In this document: positions 18,568-27,989 of the stretch, piece after piece | How the letters are laid out: every line of letters begins with the position of its first letter | Numbering within the stretch: the first letter of the stretch is position 1 | Source of the DNA: Vulcanimicrobiaceae bacterium | GTDB lineage: Bacteria; Vulcanimicrobiota; Vulcanimicrobiia; Vulcanimicrobiales; Vulcanimicrobiaceae | DNA length: 64,000 bases | Reading direction: 5' to 3' | NCBI GenBank assembly: GCA_036488875.1 | Contig: DASXGW010000013.1 | Location: 105,281-169,280, forward strand | Made by a program: the position numbers and the translations under genes | Notes under the pieces: generated by a model | The model's input: only the letters and a program-made list of their open reading frames with translations | The model's database searches: none | What the model was told of the DNA's origin: nothing

Positions 18568-19731
18568 GTGGCTATGGCAATTCCGGTCGAGGTACCCCGC
18601 GACGAGCTCGTACGGTATCGGCGGCACATTCACGCGCACCCCGAGCTCTCGATGGAAGAGTTCGAAACGGCCGCGTTCATCGAAGGCGAGCTGGCAAGCG
18701 GTGGTTTCGACGAAATTCGGACCGGCATCGGAAAAACCGGCATTCTCGCGACGCTCAAAGGCGGGCGTCCAGGTCCGGTAACGCTGCTGCGCGCCGATAT
18801 GGACGCGTTGCCCGTCACCGAGGAAGGCGAGGCCGCATATCGATCGCAGCGTCCCGGCGTGATGCACGCCTGCGGACACGACGCTCATGTGGCGATCCTG
18901 CTTTCGGCAGCGCGCGCCTTAGCCAAACGCCGCGATGAGATCAAGGGAACGCTGGTCTTTTGCTTTCAACCCGGCGAAGAGGGCTTCGCCGGAAACAAGC
19001 TGATGATCGAAGACGGGGCGCTCGAGAATCCGCACGTCGATCGCACATTCGCGCTTCACGTGTACACCGGATTGGAAGCCGGCAAGATCGGCATTCGCGA
19101 CGGCGCGTTCTTCGCGTCGTCGGATCGCTTCGAGATCACCTTGCTTGGGAAAGGCGGGCACGGCGCGATGCCGCACTCGTCTGTCGATCCCATCGTGGCG
19201 GCAGCGCAACTCGTGCTGATGCTGCAGACGATCGCGAGCCGCGAAATCGCACCCAAGGATCCAGTGGTCGTTACCGTTGGTTCCGTTCACTCCGGCACAA
19301 CGTTCAACGTTATTCCGGACAGGGCGCTGCTGCAGGGTACGGTGCGGGCGCTCGATCCCGCAGTGCGCGACTCGCTGCCGAAACGAATCGAGCGAATAAC
19401 CGAAGGTTTGTGCGATGCTTTGCGTCTCGATTACGAGTACGAGTATCAGTGGGGCTACCCGCCGACGGTCAACGATAAGACGGTCAACGACGTCGTCCGG
19501 GCCGTGGGATGCGACGTTGCCGGCGAGGCGAACGTCATCGATCCGCACGACATCGTGATGTGGGCCGAAGACATGGCGTTCATGCAGATGGAGCGCCCGG
19601 GGTCGTACTTCATCCTCGGCGCGCGCGGCCTCGAAAAGGGCGTCGAGCCGCAGCACAGCGCTCGCTACGACATCGACGAACGCGTGCTGGAGATCGGGTT
19701 CAAGATGATGGTGGGAATCGGCCTGAGTTAA
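18568..19731 (+). CDS. M20 family amidohydrolase (N-acyl-L-amino acid amidohydrolase / hippurate hydrolase-like)
   Basis: 387 aa with LRADMDALP, MHACGHDAH and GEEGFAG blocks. Confidence 0.85.
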   Translation: MAMAIPVEVPRDELVRYRRHIHAHPELSMEEFETAAFIEGELASGGFDEIRTGIGKTGILATLKGGRPGPVTLLRADMDALPVTEEGEAAYRSQRPGVMHACGHDAHVAILLSAARALAKRRDEIKGTLVFCFQPGEEGFAGNKLMIEDGALENPHVDRTFALHVYTGLEAGKIGIRDGAFFASSDRFEITLLGKGGHGAMPHSSVDPIVAAAQLVLMLQTIASREIAPKDPVVVTVGSVHSGTTFNVIPDRALLQGTVRALDPAVRDSLPKRIERITEGLCDALRLDYEYEYQWGYPPTVNDKTVNDVVRAVGCDVAGEANVIDPHDIVMWAEDMAFMQMERPGSYFILGARGLEKGVEPQHSARYDIDERVLEIGFKMMVGIGLS

Positions 19732-20081
19732 GATCCGGTCTCTTTTTCGCTCACGGTCATCACCCAGCGGATCGCACGGGCATATTGATCGAGCTCCCGC
19801 ACCGATCGTTGCAGCCAGCGGAAGCTTTCGTCCCGGCCGCCGCGCGAGGTTCGCGTCCGTTCGATGCGTTTGACGTACTCGACCGCCGCTTCGAGCTGCG
19901 CCTCGAGGTTTGGCCACTCGTCGCGCAACGCACGCTCCGACGGCTCCGCAAGGCGATCGATCACCGGAGGCGCGGCATCTTGGCCGTGCTGCATGGCAAA
20001 CTCGAGCCGGGCGAGCGCGTATTGGCTGCGCGCGGTGATGAACGACCCAAGGAGCTGAACGAGGCGTACATCCATCGGCAT
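19728..20081 (-). CDS. Hypothetical helical protein (117 aa)
   Basis: The C-terminal part of ORF 19728..20384 has protein-like composition. The upstream part overlaps the divergent oxidoreductase gene and looks like out-of-frame noise. Start ATG 20081 (MPMDVRLVQ) chosen. Confidence 0.45.
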   Translation of the reverse strand: MPMDVRLVQLLGSFITARSQYALARLEFAMQHGQDAAPPVIDRLAEPSERALRDEWPNLEAQLEAAVEYVKRIERTRTSRGGRDESFRWLQRSVRELDQYARAIRWVMTVSEKETGS

Positions 20082-20105
20082 GACGACTTCGGTCGATAGC
20101 GAACC

Positions 20106-21386
20106 TTGGCCTGGCCGGCAAGCGCAAACTGCTGCGTGGAGGGACATTTGGCGACTTCGGACGTTCGCAAATACGTTATCATCGGCAACGGGTTTGCAGG
20201 TACCACTGCGGCCGAGCAGCTGCGCAAGCACGATCCGTCGTGCGAGATCGTGCTCTTCGGCGACGAGCCGTACACGCTCTACAACCGCATTTCGCTGCCG
20301 CCGATGCTGCGCAGGCAAATTCCCGAAGCAAAGGTGATGATCCGAAATGAAGCGTGGCACGAGCAGCACCGAATCGAGCTGCACCTACGGACGCGCGTCG
20401 AGCGGATCGTTCCGCAAGAGCGCGTGGTGATGGCCGGCGGCAAGTCCTACCCGTTCGACGCGCTGCTGATCGCGACCGGCGGGCGTCCAAATCCAACCGG
20501 AAAGCCCGGAGCCGACGGCGCCGCCAATCTTTACCCGTTTCAGTATCTCGACGACACGCGCGCGATCTCCGAACAGATCGATCGCAGCAAGGCGGCCGTC
20601 GCCATCGGCGGATCGTTCATCGCCTACGAACTGGCCGAAGCGTTTAGCTCGCGAGGCGTGGAGACGCACTGGCTGATGCGCGGGCCGCGCGGATTGCACC
20701 GCGTCATGGACGACCTGGCCGGCGAGCTGCTGCACGACGCGGCGCAAGCCGACGGCGTGCACATGCACTATGGCCACGAAGTTGAGGAGTTCGTTCGCTC
20801 CAACGGCGTCATCACGAAAGTGCGAACGAATGGTGGACTCGAGATCGAAGCGCAGTGCTATGCGTACGGCTTCGGCCTCGCGATGAACACCGAAGTTTGC
20901 GACGGCAGCGGCATCGAGACGAGCAAGAACGGCATCCTCTGCGACGACCATCTCGAAACGAATATTCGTGGCGTCTTTGCGGCGGGCGACATCGCCGACT
21001 TCTACGACCCGATCCTCGAAATACGCTATCGCATGGGCACCTGGAACAACGCCGGCGCGCACGGAAAAGTCGCGGCGCTCAACATGATGGGCGGCAGCGA
21101 CGTCTATCACGACGTTCCGGAGTACTCGTCGCTGCTGTTCAAGGGACAAACGATCACGCAGTTCGGCATGGGTCCCGAGCTGCGTTCCGATCTCGACATG
21201 GTGCGCAAGATCGACCGCGAGAAGAAGTGGTACCGTGCGCTGTTCTTCTGGCAGGATCGCCTCGTCGGCGGATTGATGCTGGGCAAAGGCAACCGTGCCG
21301 GCAAGCGCAAGTACGTCGAAGCGATCAAGAGCAAAGAAGCGTTCCCGAAACCGCAGTGGGAAGCGTTGCTGGATTGGACCGCTTAA
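20106..21386 (+). CDS. NAD(P)/FAD-dependent pyridine nucleotide-disulfide oxidoreductase family protein
   Basis: YVIIGNGFAGTTAA and AVAIGGSFIAYELA dinucleotide folds plus the GVFAAGDIA block. The start may lie a few codons downstream (TTG near 20148). Confidence 0.8.
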   Translation: MAWPASANCCVEGHLATSDVRKYVIIGNGFAGTTAAEQLRKHDPSCEIVLFGDEPYTLYNRISLPPMLRRQIPEAKVMIRNEAWHEQHRIELHLRTRVERIVPQERVVMAGGKSYPFDALLIATGGRPNPTGKPGADGAANLYPFQYLDDTRAISEQIDRSKAAVAIGGSFIAYELAEAFSSRGVETHWLMRGPRGLHRVMDDLAGELLHDAAQADGVHMHYGHEVEEFVRSNGVITKVRTNGGLEIEAQCYAYGFGLAMNTEVCDGSGIETSKNGILCDDHLETNIRGVFAAGDIADFYDPILEIRYRMGTWNNAGAHGKVAALNMMGGSDVYHDVPEYSSLLFKGQTITQFGMGPELRSDLDMVRKIDREKKWYRALFFWQDRLVGGLMLGKGNRAGKRKYVEAIKSKEAFPKPQWEALLDWTA

Positions 21387-22165
21387 GCGATCATCGAGAT
21401 CGGCGCCTTTGCCGTGCGCACGAGCTTCGTCGTCATGCGCTGCGCGTCGTAGCGGTGTAATAAGAAGCCGCCCGGCTCCCACGAGAGGCCGGGCGCGCGC
21501 GGATGGATGACGAGCGTCGGCGCCGTACTCGGCGCCGTGACGCCCAAAACCCCGCACCACGTTCGTACCAGCGGTTGGTGAATGTGCCCGCAAACGATGC
21601 GACAGATCTGAGGAAACTCGCGAACGATCGCGCCGAGTCCGTGACGTCCCTCAAACGGCGGTCCGTCGAAGTTCGGTACGCCGGTGGGGAAGGGCGGATG
21701 GTGCATCGCCAGGATCGTCGGTGTGATGGGGCGCTCCGCTAATCGATCCGCCAGCCACTCGAGCCTTGCGTCGTCTAAGTAGCCGGAGCGGCGGCGGCCT
21801 TCGCTGGTGTCGAGCGCGACGACGCGCATCGACGAAAACTCAATCGTAAACTGGATCGCCGGCCCGAACGCATGCAGATACGCATCGCCGGGAAAGGCGG
21901 CTCGCAGTGCGTTACGGTCGTCGTGATTGCCCGGGATCAAATAGACCGGGATATCGGACTCCGCCAGGATCTCTCGGAGCCGGCGGTACTCTTCGGGTGT
22001 GCCGGACTCCGTGAGATCGCCGGTGGCGACGATGCAGGCCGGCCGCTCCGGCCACTGCGCGATCGCGGCGAGCGCCCGGCGAAGCGGCTGCGCGACGTGG
22101 GGCATGTGGTGCAGAAAATGCCCGCGCCGTTTGATATGCAAGTCGGTGATCTGTGCGACGATCAC
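21383..22165 (-). CDS. Metallophosphoesterase (CpdA/GpdQ-like phosphodiesterase)
   Basis: ITDLHI, ATGDLTESG, IPGNHD and GHIH blocks. Confidence 0.8.
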   Translation of the reverse strand: MIVAQITDLHIKRRGHFLHHMPHVAQPLRRALAAIAQWPERPACIVATGDLTESGTPEEYRRLREILAESDIPVYLIPGNHDDRNALRAAFPGDAYLHAFGPAIQFTIEFSSMRVVALDTSEGRRRSGYLDDARLEWLADRLAERPITPTILAMHHPPFPTGVPNFDGPPFEGRHGLGAIVREFPQICRIVCGHIHQPLVRTWCGVLGVTAPSTAPTLVIHPRAPGLSWEPGGFLLHRYDAQRMTTKLVRTAKAPISMIA

Positions 22166-22234
22166 TCTAACAGCGTAACAGCTTTACGTTATCTGCACGT
22201 TAAAAGGTTCTTGACGGTAAGCACTATTCTCGGG

Positions 22235-23287
22235 CTACGGCAGCGTGCGGAAACGTGTCACCATCCCCGCTTCGAGGTGAACGTTCAGATGGCAGTGGAA
22301 GAGCCAGACGCCCGGATCGTCGGGAATCATGTCGGCGACCGCCATGCCCATAGGGCCCAGCTGCGCCGTATCGGTGCGCATACCGTTGATAGTGACGGTC
22401 TCGCCATGCCAGTGAGGCGCGTGAAAATCGAAGTCGCTCATCGTCGTCATGAGGTACCAGCGCGTCCGTTCTCCCCGGTGCACGTCTATCATCGGCATGT
22501 TGCCATATATATAACCGTTGATCGAGAACATCGTGTTGTCGTCGACGAAGCCGGAACTGGTTGGCTTTAAGTGGCGCGGATTGATCGCCGGATCGGCGAC
22601 GTTCTGGCTAAACAGGCGGCTTTGGCTTTCGTCGAATTGGGCGTACATCGCAAACACCTCACGATCGACGTCGTTTGGAGTCCCGTCACCCTTGGCGGCT
22701 CCACGGCGCGTTACGACGATTGGTCCCACGAGGCCGGTGTTCACGTCGCGCAGCTCGTCAGTGTGCGAATGGTACATCCATAATACGGAGCTTTGATCCA
22801 TCGGTCCGGGACCCGATCGTTCCGGCACGTCGAAGTGATACGTGTACGTGGCACCTGGAGCTACCGCGTCTCCCGGCTTTACTTGCGGTCCGACTCCGTC
22901 GCGATACGGAGCCCCTTCCGACGTCTTCAAATAACGCAAACCGTGGACGTGAAAGCTCAGCGGCAGATGTGAGTTGTTTTTGAACACGACGACGACCGAA
23001 TCGCCGACGACGGCGCGGATGGGCGGCCCCAGCGTTCCCATGTACTGATCGCTTTGGCTGCGAGTCTCCCGCGTCTCGAACGTCGGGTCGGTATATCCGT
23101 GATAGACGATCTTATGATAGGAAAAGCCGAGCTGGTCCTTATCGGGTTTGAGAGCCGCACCGGTGAGCACGTTCGTGCCGCTCGGCGCGTAGTTCCAAAC
23201 GATCTCGTCGGCAGCGATGTAATACGTGCGCTCCGCGGCTACGGCGGGTGCGCAACACAGCAGCACCAGGCAAATAACGCGAATCAT
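22235..23287 (-). CDS. Two-domain multicopper oxidase, ceruloplasmin/hephaestin-like, secreted
   Basis: Start reset to ATG 23287 (MIRVICLVLLCCAPAVAA signal). YYIAADEIVWNYAP resembles the ceruloplasmin/factor VIII A-domain opening. Copper ligand blocks: SFHVHG, WMYHSH, HAPHWHG and HCHLNVHLEAGM. At 350 aa it holds two cupredoxin domains. Confidence 0.85.
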   Translation of the reverse strand: MIRVICLVLLCCAPAVAAERTYYIAADEIVWNYAPSGTNVLTGAALKPDKDQLGFSYHKIVYHGYTDPTFETRETRSQSDQYMGTLGPPIRAVVGDSVVVVFKNNSHLPLSFHVHGLRYLKTSEGAPYRDGVGPQVKPGDAVAPGATYTYHFDVPERSGPGPMDQSSVLWMYHSHTDELRDVNTGLVGPIVVTRRGAAKGDGTPNDVDREVFAMYAQFDESQSRLFSQNVADPAINPRHLKPTSSGFVDDNTMFSINGYIYGNMPMIDVHRGERTRWYLMTTMSDFDFHAPHWHGETVTINGMRTDTAQLGPMGMAVADMIPDDPGVWLFHCHLNVHLEAGMVTRFRTLP

Positions 23288-23484
23288 GTCGTTCCCGCTT
23301 TCCGAACCCGTAACTCGGCCAGGTGGGCGTCGATGAAATCGGCAACGTCGCGGGGCTGAGTCACGAAAAAGCGCTTTCCCGACACGACCTCGAGGACGGA
23401 GCCTCGCCATTGCGCGTCGCTATCGGGCTCTTCGGTCAGCCACATGCGAACCAGGAACGTCGCGTCTTGCCGCTTCGGGTTCAT
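23284..23484 (-). CDS. Small conserved-looking protein (66 aa), translationally coupled to the multicopper oxidase
   Basis: Its stop overlaps the MCO start (ATGA at 23284..23287). The sequence FLVRMWLTEEPDSDAQWRGSVLEVVSGKRFFVTQPRDVADFI resembles a widespread uncharacterised small-protein pattern (hydrophobic-R-x-W ... WRG-x-V-x-x-V-x-SG) that I recall only from memory. Confidence 0.55.
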   Translation of the reverse strand: MNPKRQDATFLVRMWLTEEPDSDAQWRGSVLEVVSGKRFFVTQPRDVADFIDAHLAELRVRKAGTT

Positions 23485-23581
23485 GCGCCGAGCATAGGCC
23501 GTGCGCGTGCCGCAGGCGTGCCGAGGCTCGGGAGCAAGCGAGCGAGCTAACGGGAACCGCGAGCTAGGCGGGAAATCGGAA

Positions 23582-26500
23582 ATGCCGATGTTGGAAATTC
23601 GGTTGTTCGGTCAACCCGACATCCGCTGCGACGGTACCCCCGTCAAATTTGCCAAGCGCTCCGCCACGCTCGCAATGCTCGCGCACATCGTGCTCAAGGG
23701 AGGACGAGCGCTGTCACGCGAGTCGCTAGCGTTCACGCTCTTTCCGGACGACGACGAAGTCAATGCCCTAGCGGAGTTGCGCCGTTATCTATACCTTGCG
23801 AACAAAGCGCTGCCCGCTCGAGATGGCGACCCGTGGATCGTGAGCGATGCCGAAACGGTTCGCTGGAACGATCTCGGCGGCGCATTCGTGGACGTCGCGG
23901 AGTTCGAGCGCCTAGCGGGCGAACCGCACGCGTGGCAGCGCGCCGTCGACCTCTACGGCGGCGATTTGCTCGAAAACGTTTACGAGGATTGGGTAGTCGC
24001 GGAGCGCGAACGGCTGCGTGCGCGCTACTTCGTACTGCTCGACGATTTGATCGCCCGCTATCGCTCCGAGCGAAACTTTCCCGCCGCCATTAGCTGTGCC
24101 AAGCGCGTGCTAACGAGCGATCCGTGGCGAGAGGACGCATTGCGCGCTCTCGTCGCGATTCGGTACGAGTCCGGCGATACCGCCGGCGCACTTGCCGAAT
24201 ACGACCGGTTTGCCAAGCGCCTGCGCGACGAGCTCGCCGTCGCACCGATGCCGGAAACCGTCGCGATTCGCCAGTTGATTTTGCGCCAAGAAGCCGTTCC
24301 GGGCGCCGTCGGCGTTGCGGCTGCAAAACCCGAAGAGGTTCGGCGTACGGTTTCGATTCTTCCGTTCGTCGGGCGCACCAAAGAGCTGGCGTTCCTTCGC
24401 AACGCATGGGGTCGTGCGGCCCGCGGACCGGCCGCTTTGGTCGTGATCGCCGGTGAGGCCGGCGTCGGCAAGTCCCGCCTTACGGCCGAACTCGCACGCA
24501 TGGTTCAAGCCGAGGGTGGAAGAGTGTTCGTCGGAACGACGGCGTCGCCGGAGGCGATGCCCTATCAAGCGGTCGTCGGAGCGCTGCGAGCCGGCATGCC
24601 GCTGCTGCTTGCGCGGCAAATCTCACCCGAGCGCCGGACCGTCTTGTCACCGTTGCTGCCGGAACTGCGCGATCCCGACGTTTCCGACGTGCGCTTCTCG
24701 GAGACGTCGCCCGAACGTGCGACCGCACGCATCTACGAAGCGTTGTCTTTTGCGGTGCGAGCGCTGGCATCTCCGCGCCCGCTGTTGCTCGTGCTCGAAG
24801 ACCTGCATTGGGCCGGCTCGGCGACCATCGAGGCGCTCGGCGGAATATTTCGCGATGCGATCCGCTCGCCGATACTCGTCGTCGCGACGTGCCGGCAGGA
24901 GGAGACACCCGTAAACCACCCGTTGCGGGCGCTCCAGCGCTCGTTGCGAACCCACGGCGCCGTAGAAGAGCTCGAGCTCGAGCGATTAGATGAAGAACAG
25001 GTCGGCGAGCTCGTCGGCCGCGTTGAAGGTTTGCGCGAGCGTGGGGAAGAGTTCGTGCGGGCTTTATACGCTCAATGCGAAGGTAACCCGTTGTTTCTCG
25101 AAGGGGCGATCAATGCGTTGCTCGAGAATCGCGAAGCTCGGCTCGAAGATGCAACGATGTCGGGCACGATCGCAAGGCGCGTCGAGCGGCTCGGACTGGA
25201 AGGCCGTTCGGTGGCAGAGATTGCCGCGGTCGTAGGGGCGGGCTGCAGCGTTCCACTGATTCGCGACGTGTCGAATCTTTCGAGCACCGCGATCGCGCGC
25301 GGCCTCGACGAGCTCCTCGATCAGCGCATTCTTCGCGAAGCGGGTGCGCGTGCCGGCTACGACTACGTTTTTAGCCACCATCTGATTGCCGACGCCATCT
25401 ATTCCGGGATCGAGCCGGCATTCCGCGAGCAGCGGCATTTCAGGGTTGCCGAATGTCTCGAAGCAGTTTTCGAATCCGACGCGTCGGTCTCGCCGCGCGA
25501 AGTCGCGCGCCACTACGAGTCGGCGGGCGCGCGCGAGCGAGCGGCAAAATGGTATCTGACCGCTGCACGGGACGCTGCGGCCGTGCACGCACACGGCGAC
25601 GCGATCGAACTCGCCGGGAAAGCCCTTCACAACGCCGATTTCGACGACGTGCGCCGCGAGACGCTCGAAATCCGTGAAACGGCGCGCAGCCGGCGCGGCG
25701 ACCGCGACGGACAGCGGCGCGATATCGATGCGCTCGAGCGACTGGCGATCGCCGATCGGCCCGCGCAGTTTGACGTCCTGCTTCGGCGCATTTGGCTCGC
25801 TCGGTCCTTGGGCGACGCGAATGAAGAGCGCGAATATCTCGCGCGCCTTGAGGAGCTTGCCGCCCAGCTCGACGACGCGGCGCGCGCGCGCGCACTCGCG
25901 CAGGCAGCAACGTATCTGGGCAACTGCAGCCGATCCGCGGAGGCCATCGTTCCGGCTCGGCGCGCACTGGAGCTTTACGAGTGCAGCGGCGATCTGCAAG
26001 GACAGCTCGAGTGTCTTTGCGTGCTCGTCGAGTACGCGACGAATATCGGCGACCTGGAGGCCGCTCGCGGCTACATGGATCAGATCCGCGAACGCGCGGC
26101 GAGGCTCGGCGACCAGGCAATGGAGGCACGTGCGCTGGCCGCCGCCAGTGTCGCGGCGCTGCTGCGCCAAGAGTATCGCGAATGCTTCTTGCTGACGGAG
26201 CGCTGCCTAGAACTCCGTTTGACGCTCAACGATCGCGAAGGTGAGGCGGCCTCGCGCAGCCGTTTGGCGGTGACCGCCGCATGGCTCGGCGACTATAGCG
26301 TTGCGCTGCGTGAGTTCGATGCGGCGATCGCGATCTACGAGTCGCTCGGGCATAAGCGCGGGCTCGCCGCCACGCACGCGAATAAGACGCTGCTGCTCAT
26401 GCGGACGGGGATGTTCGCCGAAGCGCTCGCCTCGATCGAACGATCGAACGATCTGTTCGAAAAGGTCCAAGAACGGCGGACCATTGCGGCCAATCAAGTC

Positions 26501-27055
26501 AACGCGAGTTTCGTCAACCTCCAGCTGGGAGACGCGACCCAAGCCAAAGCTTTCGCGACGTCGGCGCTGCAGATCACGCGCGAGATGGCCTATCCCGTAT
26601 TCGAAGCCGCCGCACTAGCCAATCTCGGCAACGCCGAGCTCGCCCTCGGCGAGACCGGAGCGGCGATCGAACACATGGAGGCCGGCTTGGCGATTCGCCG
26701 CTCGATTCAAGAGCCTCGGGATTTCGTCGACGACCTTGCCGACCTCACGCTCGCGTATGTGATCGCCGGACGAAACGACCAGGCTCTCGCGACGGCCCGC
26801 GAGCTTCTTTCAATCGGAAGTGCGTCGTTCGACGGTGCGTTTTGGCCGCAGTATGCGTGGTGGGCCGCTTCGCAAGGCCTAGCTGCCGGCGGCGACGCGA
26901 GCGAGGCGCGCCGAGCCGCCGCGCGGGCGCGCCTCGAGCTTGCGGAATTTGCCGAGCGCATCGGGGACGACGCAACGCGAAGCGCATTTTTGCGCGTACC
27001 GGTCAACGCGACGATCCTACGCAACGATCCTCATGGCGTCACGATGCTGCAATGA
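23582..27055 (+). CDS. SARP/AfsR-family regulator: winged-helix + BTAD, AAA/STAND ATPase, TPR array
   Basis: N-terminus MPMLEIRLFGQPDIRCDG ... ALAELRRYL (OmpR-type wHTH). BTAD block DPWREDALRALVAIRYESGDTAGALAEYDRFAKRLRDELAVAP. Walker A GEAGVGKSRL and Walker B LLLVLEDLHWA. The C-terminal ~600 aa is helical and repeat-rich. Start ATG 23582 or 23588. Confidence 0.85.
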   Translation: MPMLEIRLFGQPDIRCDGTPVKFAKRSATLAMLAHIVLKGGRALSRESLAFTLFPDDDEVNALAELRRYLYLANKALPARDGDPWIVSDAETVRWNDLGGAFVDVAEFERLAGEPHAWQRAVDLYGGDLLENVYEDWVVAERERLRARYFVLLDDLIARYRSERNFPAAISCAKRVLTSDPWREDALRALVAIRYESGDTAGALAEYDRFAKRLRDELAVAPMPETVAIRQLILRQEAVPGAVGVAAAKPEEVRRTVSILPFVGRTKELAFLRNAWGRAARGPAALVVIAGEAGVGKSRLTAELARMVQAEGGRVFVGTTASPEAMPYQAVVGALRAGMPLLLARQISPERRTVLSPLLPELRDPDVSDVRFSETSPERATARIYEALSFAVRALASPRPLLLVLEDLHWAGSATIEALGGIFRDAIRSPILVVATCRQEETPVNHPLRALQRSLRTHGAVEELELERLDEEQVGELVGRVEGLRERGEEFVRALYAQCEGNPLFLEGAINALLENREARLEDATMSGTIARRVERLGLEGRSVAEIAAVVGAGCSVPLIRDVSNLSSTAIARGLDELLDQRILREAGARAGYDYVFSHHLIADAIYSGIEPAFREQRHFRVAECLEAVFESDASVSPREVARHYESAGARERAAKWYLTAARDAAAVHAHGDAIELAGKALHNADFDDVRRETLEIRETARSRRGDRDGQRRDIDALERLAIADRPAQFDVLLRRIWLARSLGDANEEREYLARLEELAAQLDDAARARALAQAATYLGNCSRSAEAIVPARRALELYECSGDLQGQLECLCVLVEYATNIGDLEAARGYMDQIRERAARLGDQAMEARALAAASVAALLRQEYRECFLLTERCLELRLTLNDREGEAASRSRLAVTAAWLGDYSVALREFDAAIAIYESLGHKRGLAATHANKTLLLMRTGMFAEALASIERSNDLFEKVQERRTIAANQVNASFVNLQLGDATQAKAFATSALQITREMAYPVFEAAALANLGNAELALGETGAAIEHMEAGLAIRRSIQEPRDFVDDLADLTLAYVIAGRNDQALATARELLSIGSASFDGAFWPQYAWWAASQGLAAGGDASEARRAAARARLELAEFAERIGDDATRSAFLRVPVNATILRNDPHGVTMLQ

Positions 27056-27989
27056 GTTCGAAAAACGTCGAGAGGTCGACGTTGCCGCCGGAGATCACGC
27101 ACGCGATCGGGCCGTCGCTCTGGACTTTACCGCTGAGTACTGCGGCGACAGGTAACGCGCCCGCGCCTTCGGCGATCACACGCGATTTCTCGGCGAGCAC
27201 GCGCATAGCCGACTTGATCTCGTGGAGCGTCACGACGATCGCGCCGTCGACCAGACCCTGCATCCGCTCCCACATACGGGGAAAAACGCTCGTTCCGCCC
27301 GCGCCGTCGACGAACGTTTTGGACCAGCCGGGAAACTCCGACGCTTTGCCGGCAGCAAACGACACGCTGGCGGGCGCCGCAGTCTCGGGCTCGGCAACGT
27401 AGATCTTGACGCCGCTCTTGCGCGCGCGGACGCCGCTGGCAACGCCTGTTGCCAATCCGCCGCCGCCCATCGCGCAGACGACGGTCGCAACGCTCGGCAA
27501 GTCTTCGACGATCTCTAGACCCATCGTCGCATTGCCCGCGATGAAATCGTCGTCGTCGAACGGATGGACGAACGTGCCTTCGACGCCCGGGAAGCTGCCG
27601 CGTTCCATCGCTTCCCAACACGCGTCGAACGGCGCCTTGACGAGATGCGCTCCGAGCGCTCGCATCCGCTCGACCTTCGTGGCCGGCGCGGTTTCGATAG
27701 TAACGACGGTGCAGGGGACGCCGGCTTGCCGCGCGGCGTACGCGACGCCTTGTCCCGCGTTTCCCGCGCTGACGGTCCATACGCCGAGCGCGCGCCGGTC
27801 CGGCGGCAGCATCGCTATCGCGTTGGCCGCTCCGCGCAGCTTGAACGAGTTGATCGGCTGCAAGTTCTCGAGCTTGAGGTAGATCTCGGTGTCGCCGCCG
27901 GTCTGCAGCTTCACCAGCGGCGTGCGCAAAATGGTCCCGGCGATCCGTTCGCGCGCCGCCTCGATCGCTTCGGGGGTAATCGGCTTCAC
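27039..27989 (-). CDS. PLP-dependent threonine ammonia-lyase / serine-threonine dehydratase (short form)
   Basis: PINSFKLRGA (PLP lysine) and GGGGL glycine loop. GTG 27989 forms a GTGA overlap with the upstream stop. The ORF-track extension is Arg-rich. Confidence 0.85.
   Translation of the reverse strand: MKPITPEAIEAARERIAGTILRTPLVKLQTGGDTEIYLKLENLQPINSFKLRGAANAIAMLPPDRRALGVWTVSAGNAGQGVAYAARQAGVPCTVVTIETAPATKVERMRALGAHLVKAPFDACWEAMERGSFPGVEGTFVHPFDDDDFIAGNATMGLEIVEDLPSVATVVCAMGGGGLATGVASGVRARKSGVKIYVAEPETAAPASVSFAAGKASEFPGWSKTFVDGAGGTSVFPRMWERMQGLVDGAIVVTLHEIKSAMRVLAEKSRVIAEGAGALPVAAVLSGKVQSDGPIACVISGGNVDLSTFFELIAAS

Noticed and set aside
18919-21593. Two 402-aa minus-strand ORFs (18919..20127 and 20385..21593)
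   Set aside because: They are antisense to the M20 amidohydrolase and the FAD oxidoreductase, which have clear motifs. The translations are Arg/His/Asp-rich with no recognisable domains. Shadow ORFs.
25064-26170. 368-aa ORF antisense to the SARP regulator. Similar long antisense or out-of-frame ORFs occur at 46757..47821, 54093..55229, 57562..58536, 29401..30270, 44217..44849 and 62684..63574
   Set aside because: Each overlaps a gene with strong domain evidence on the other strand or frame and has the Arg/Gly/Ala-biased composition of non-coding frames in high-GC DNA.
23582-27055. Large P-loop + TPR protein as a possible Avs/STAND-type anti-phage sensor
   Set aside because: The N-terminus is a winged-helix plus BTAD DNA-binding/activation module and there is no nuclease, protease or other effector domain. 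This is the classical AfsR/SARP regulator architecture.
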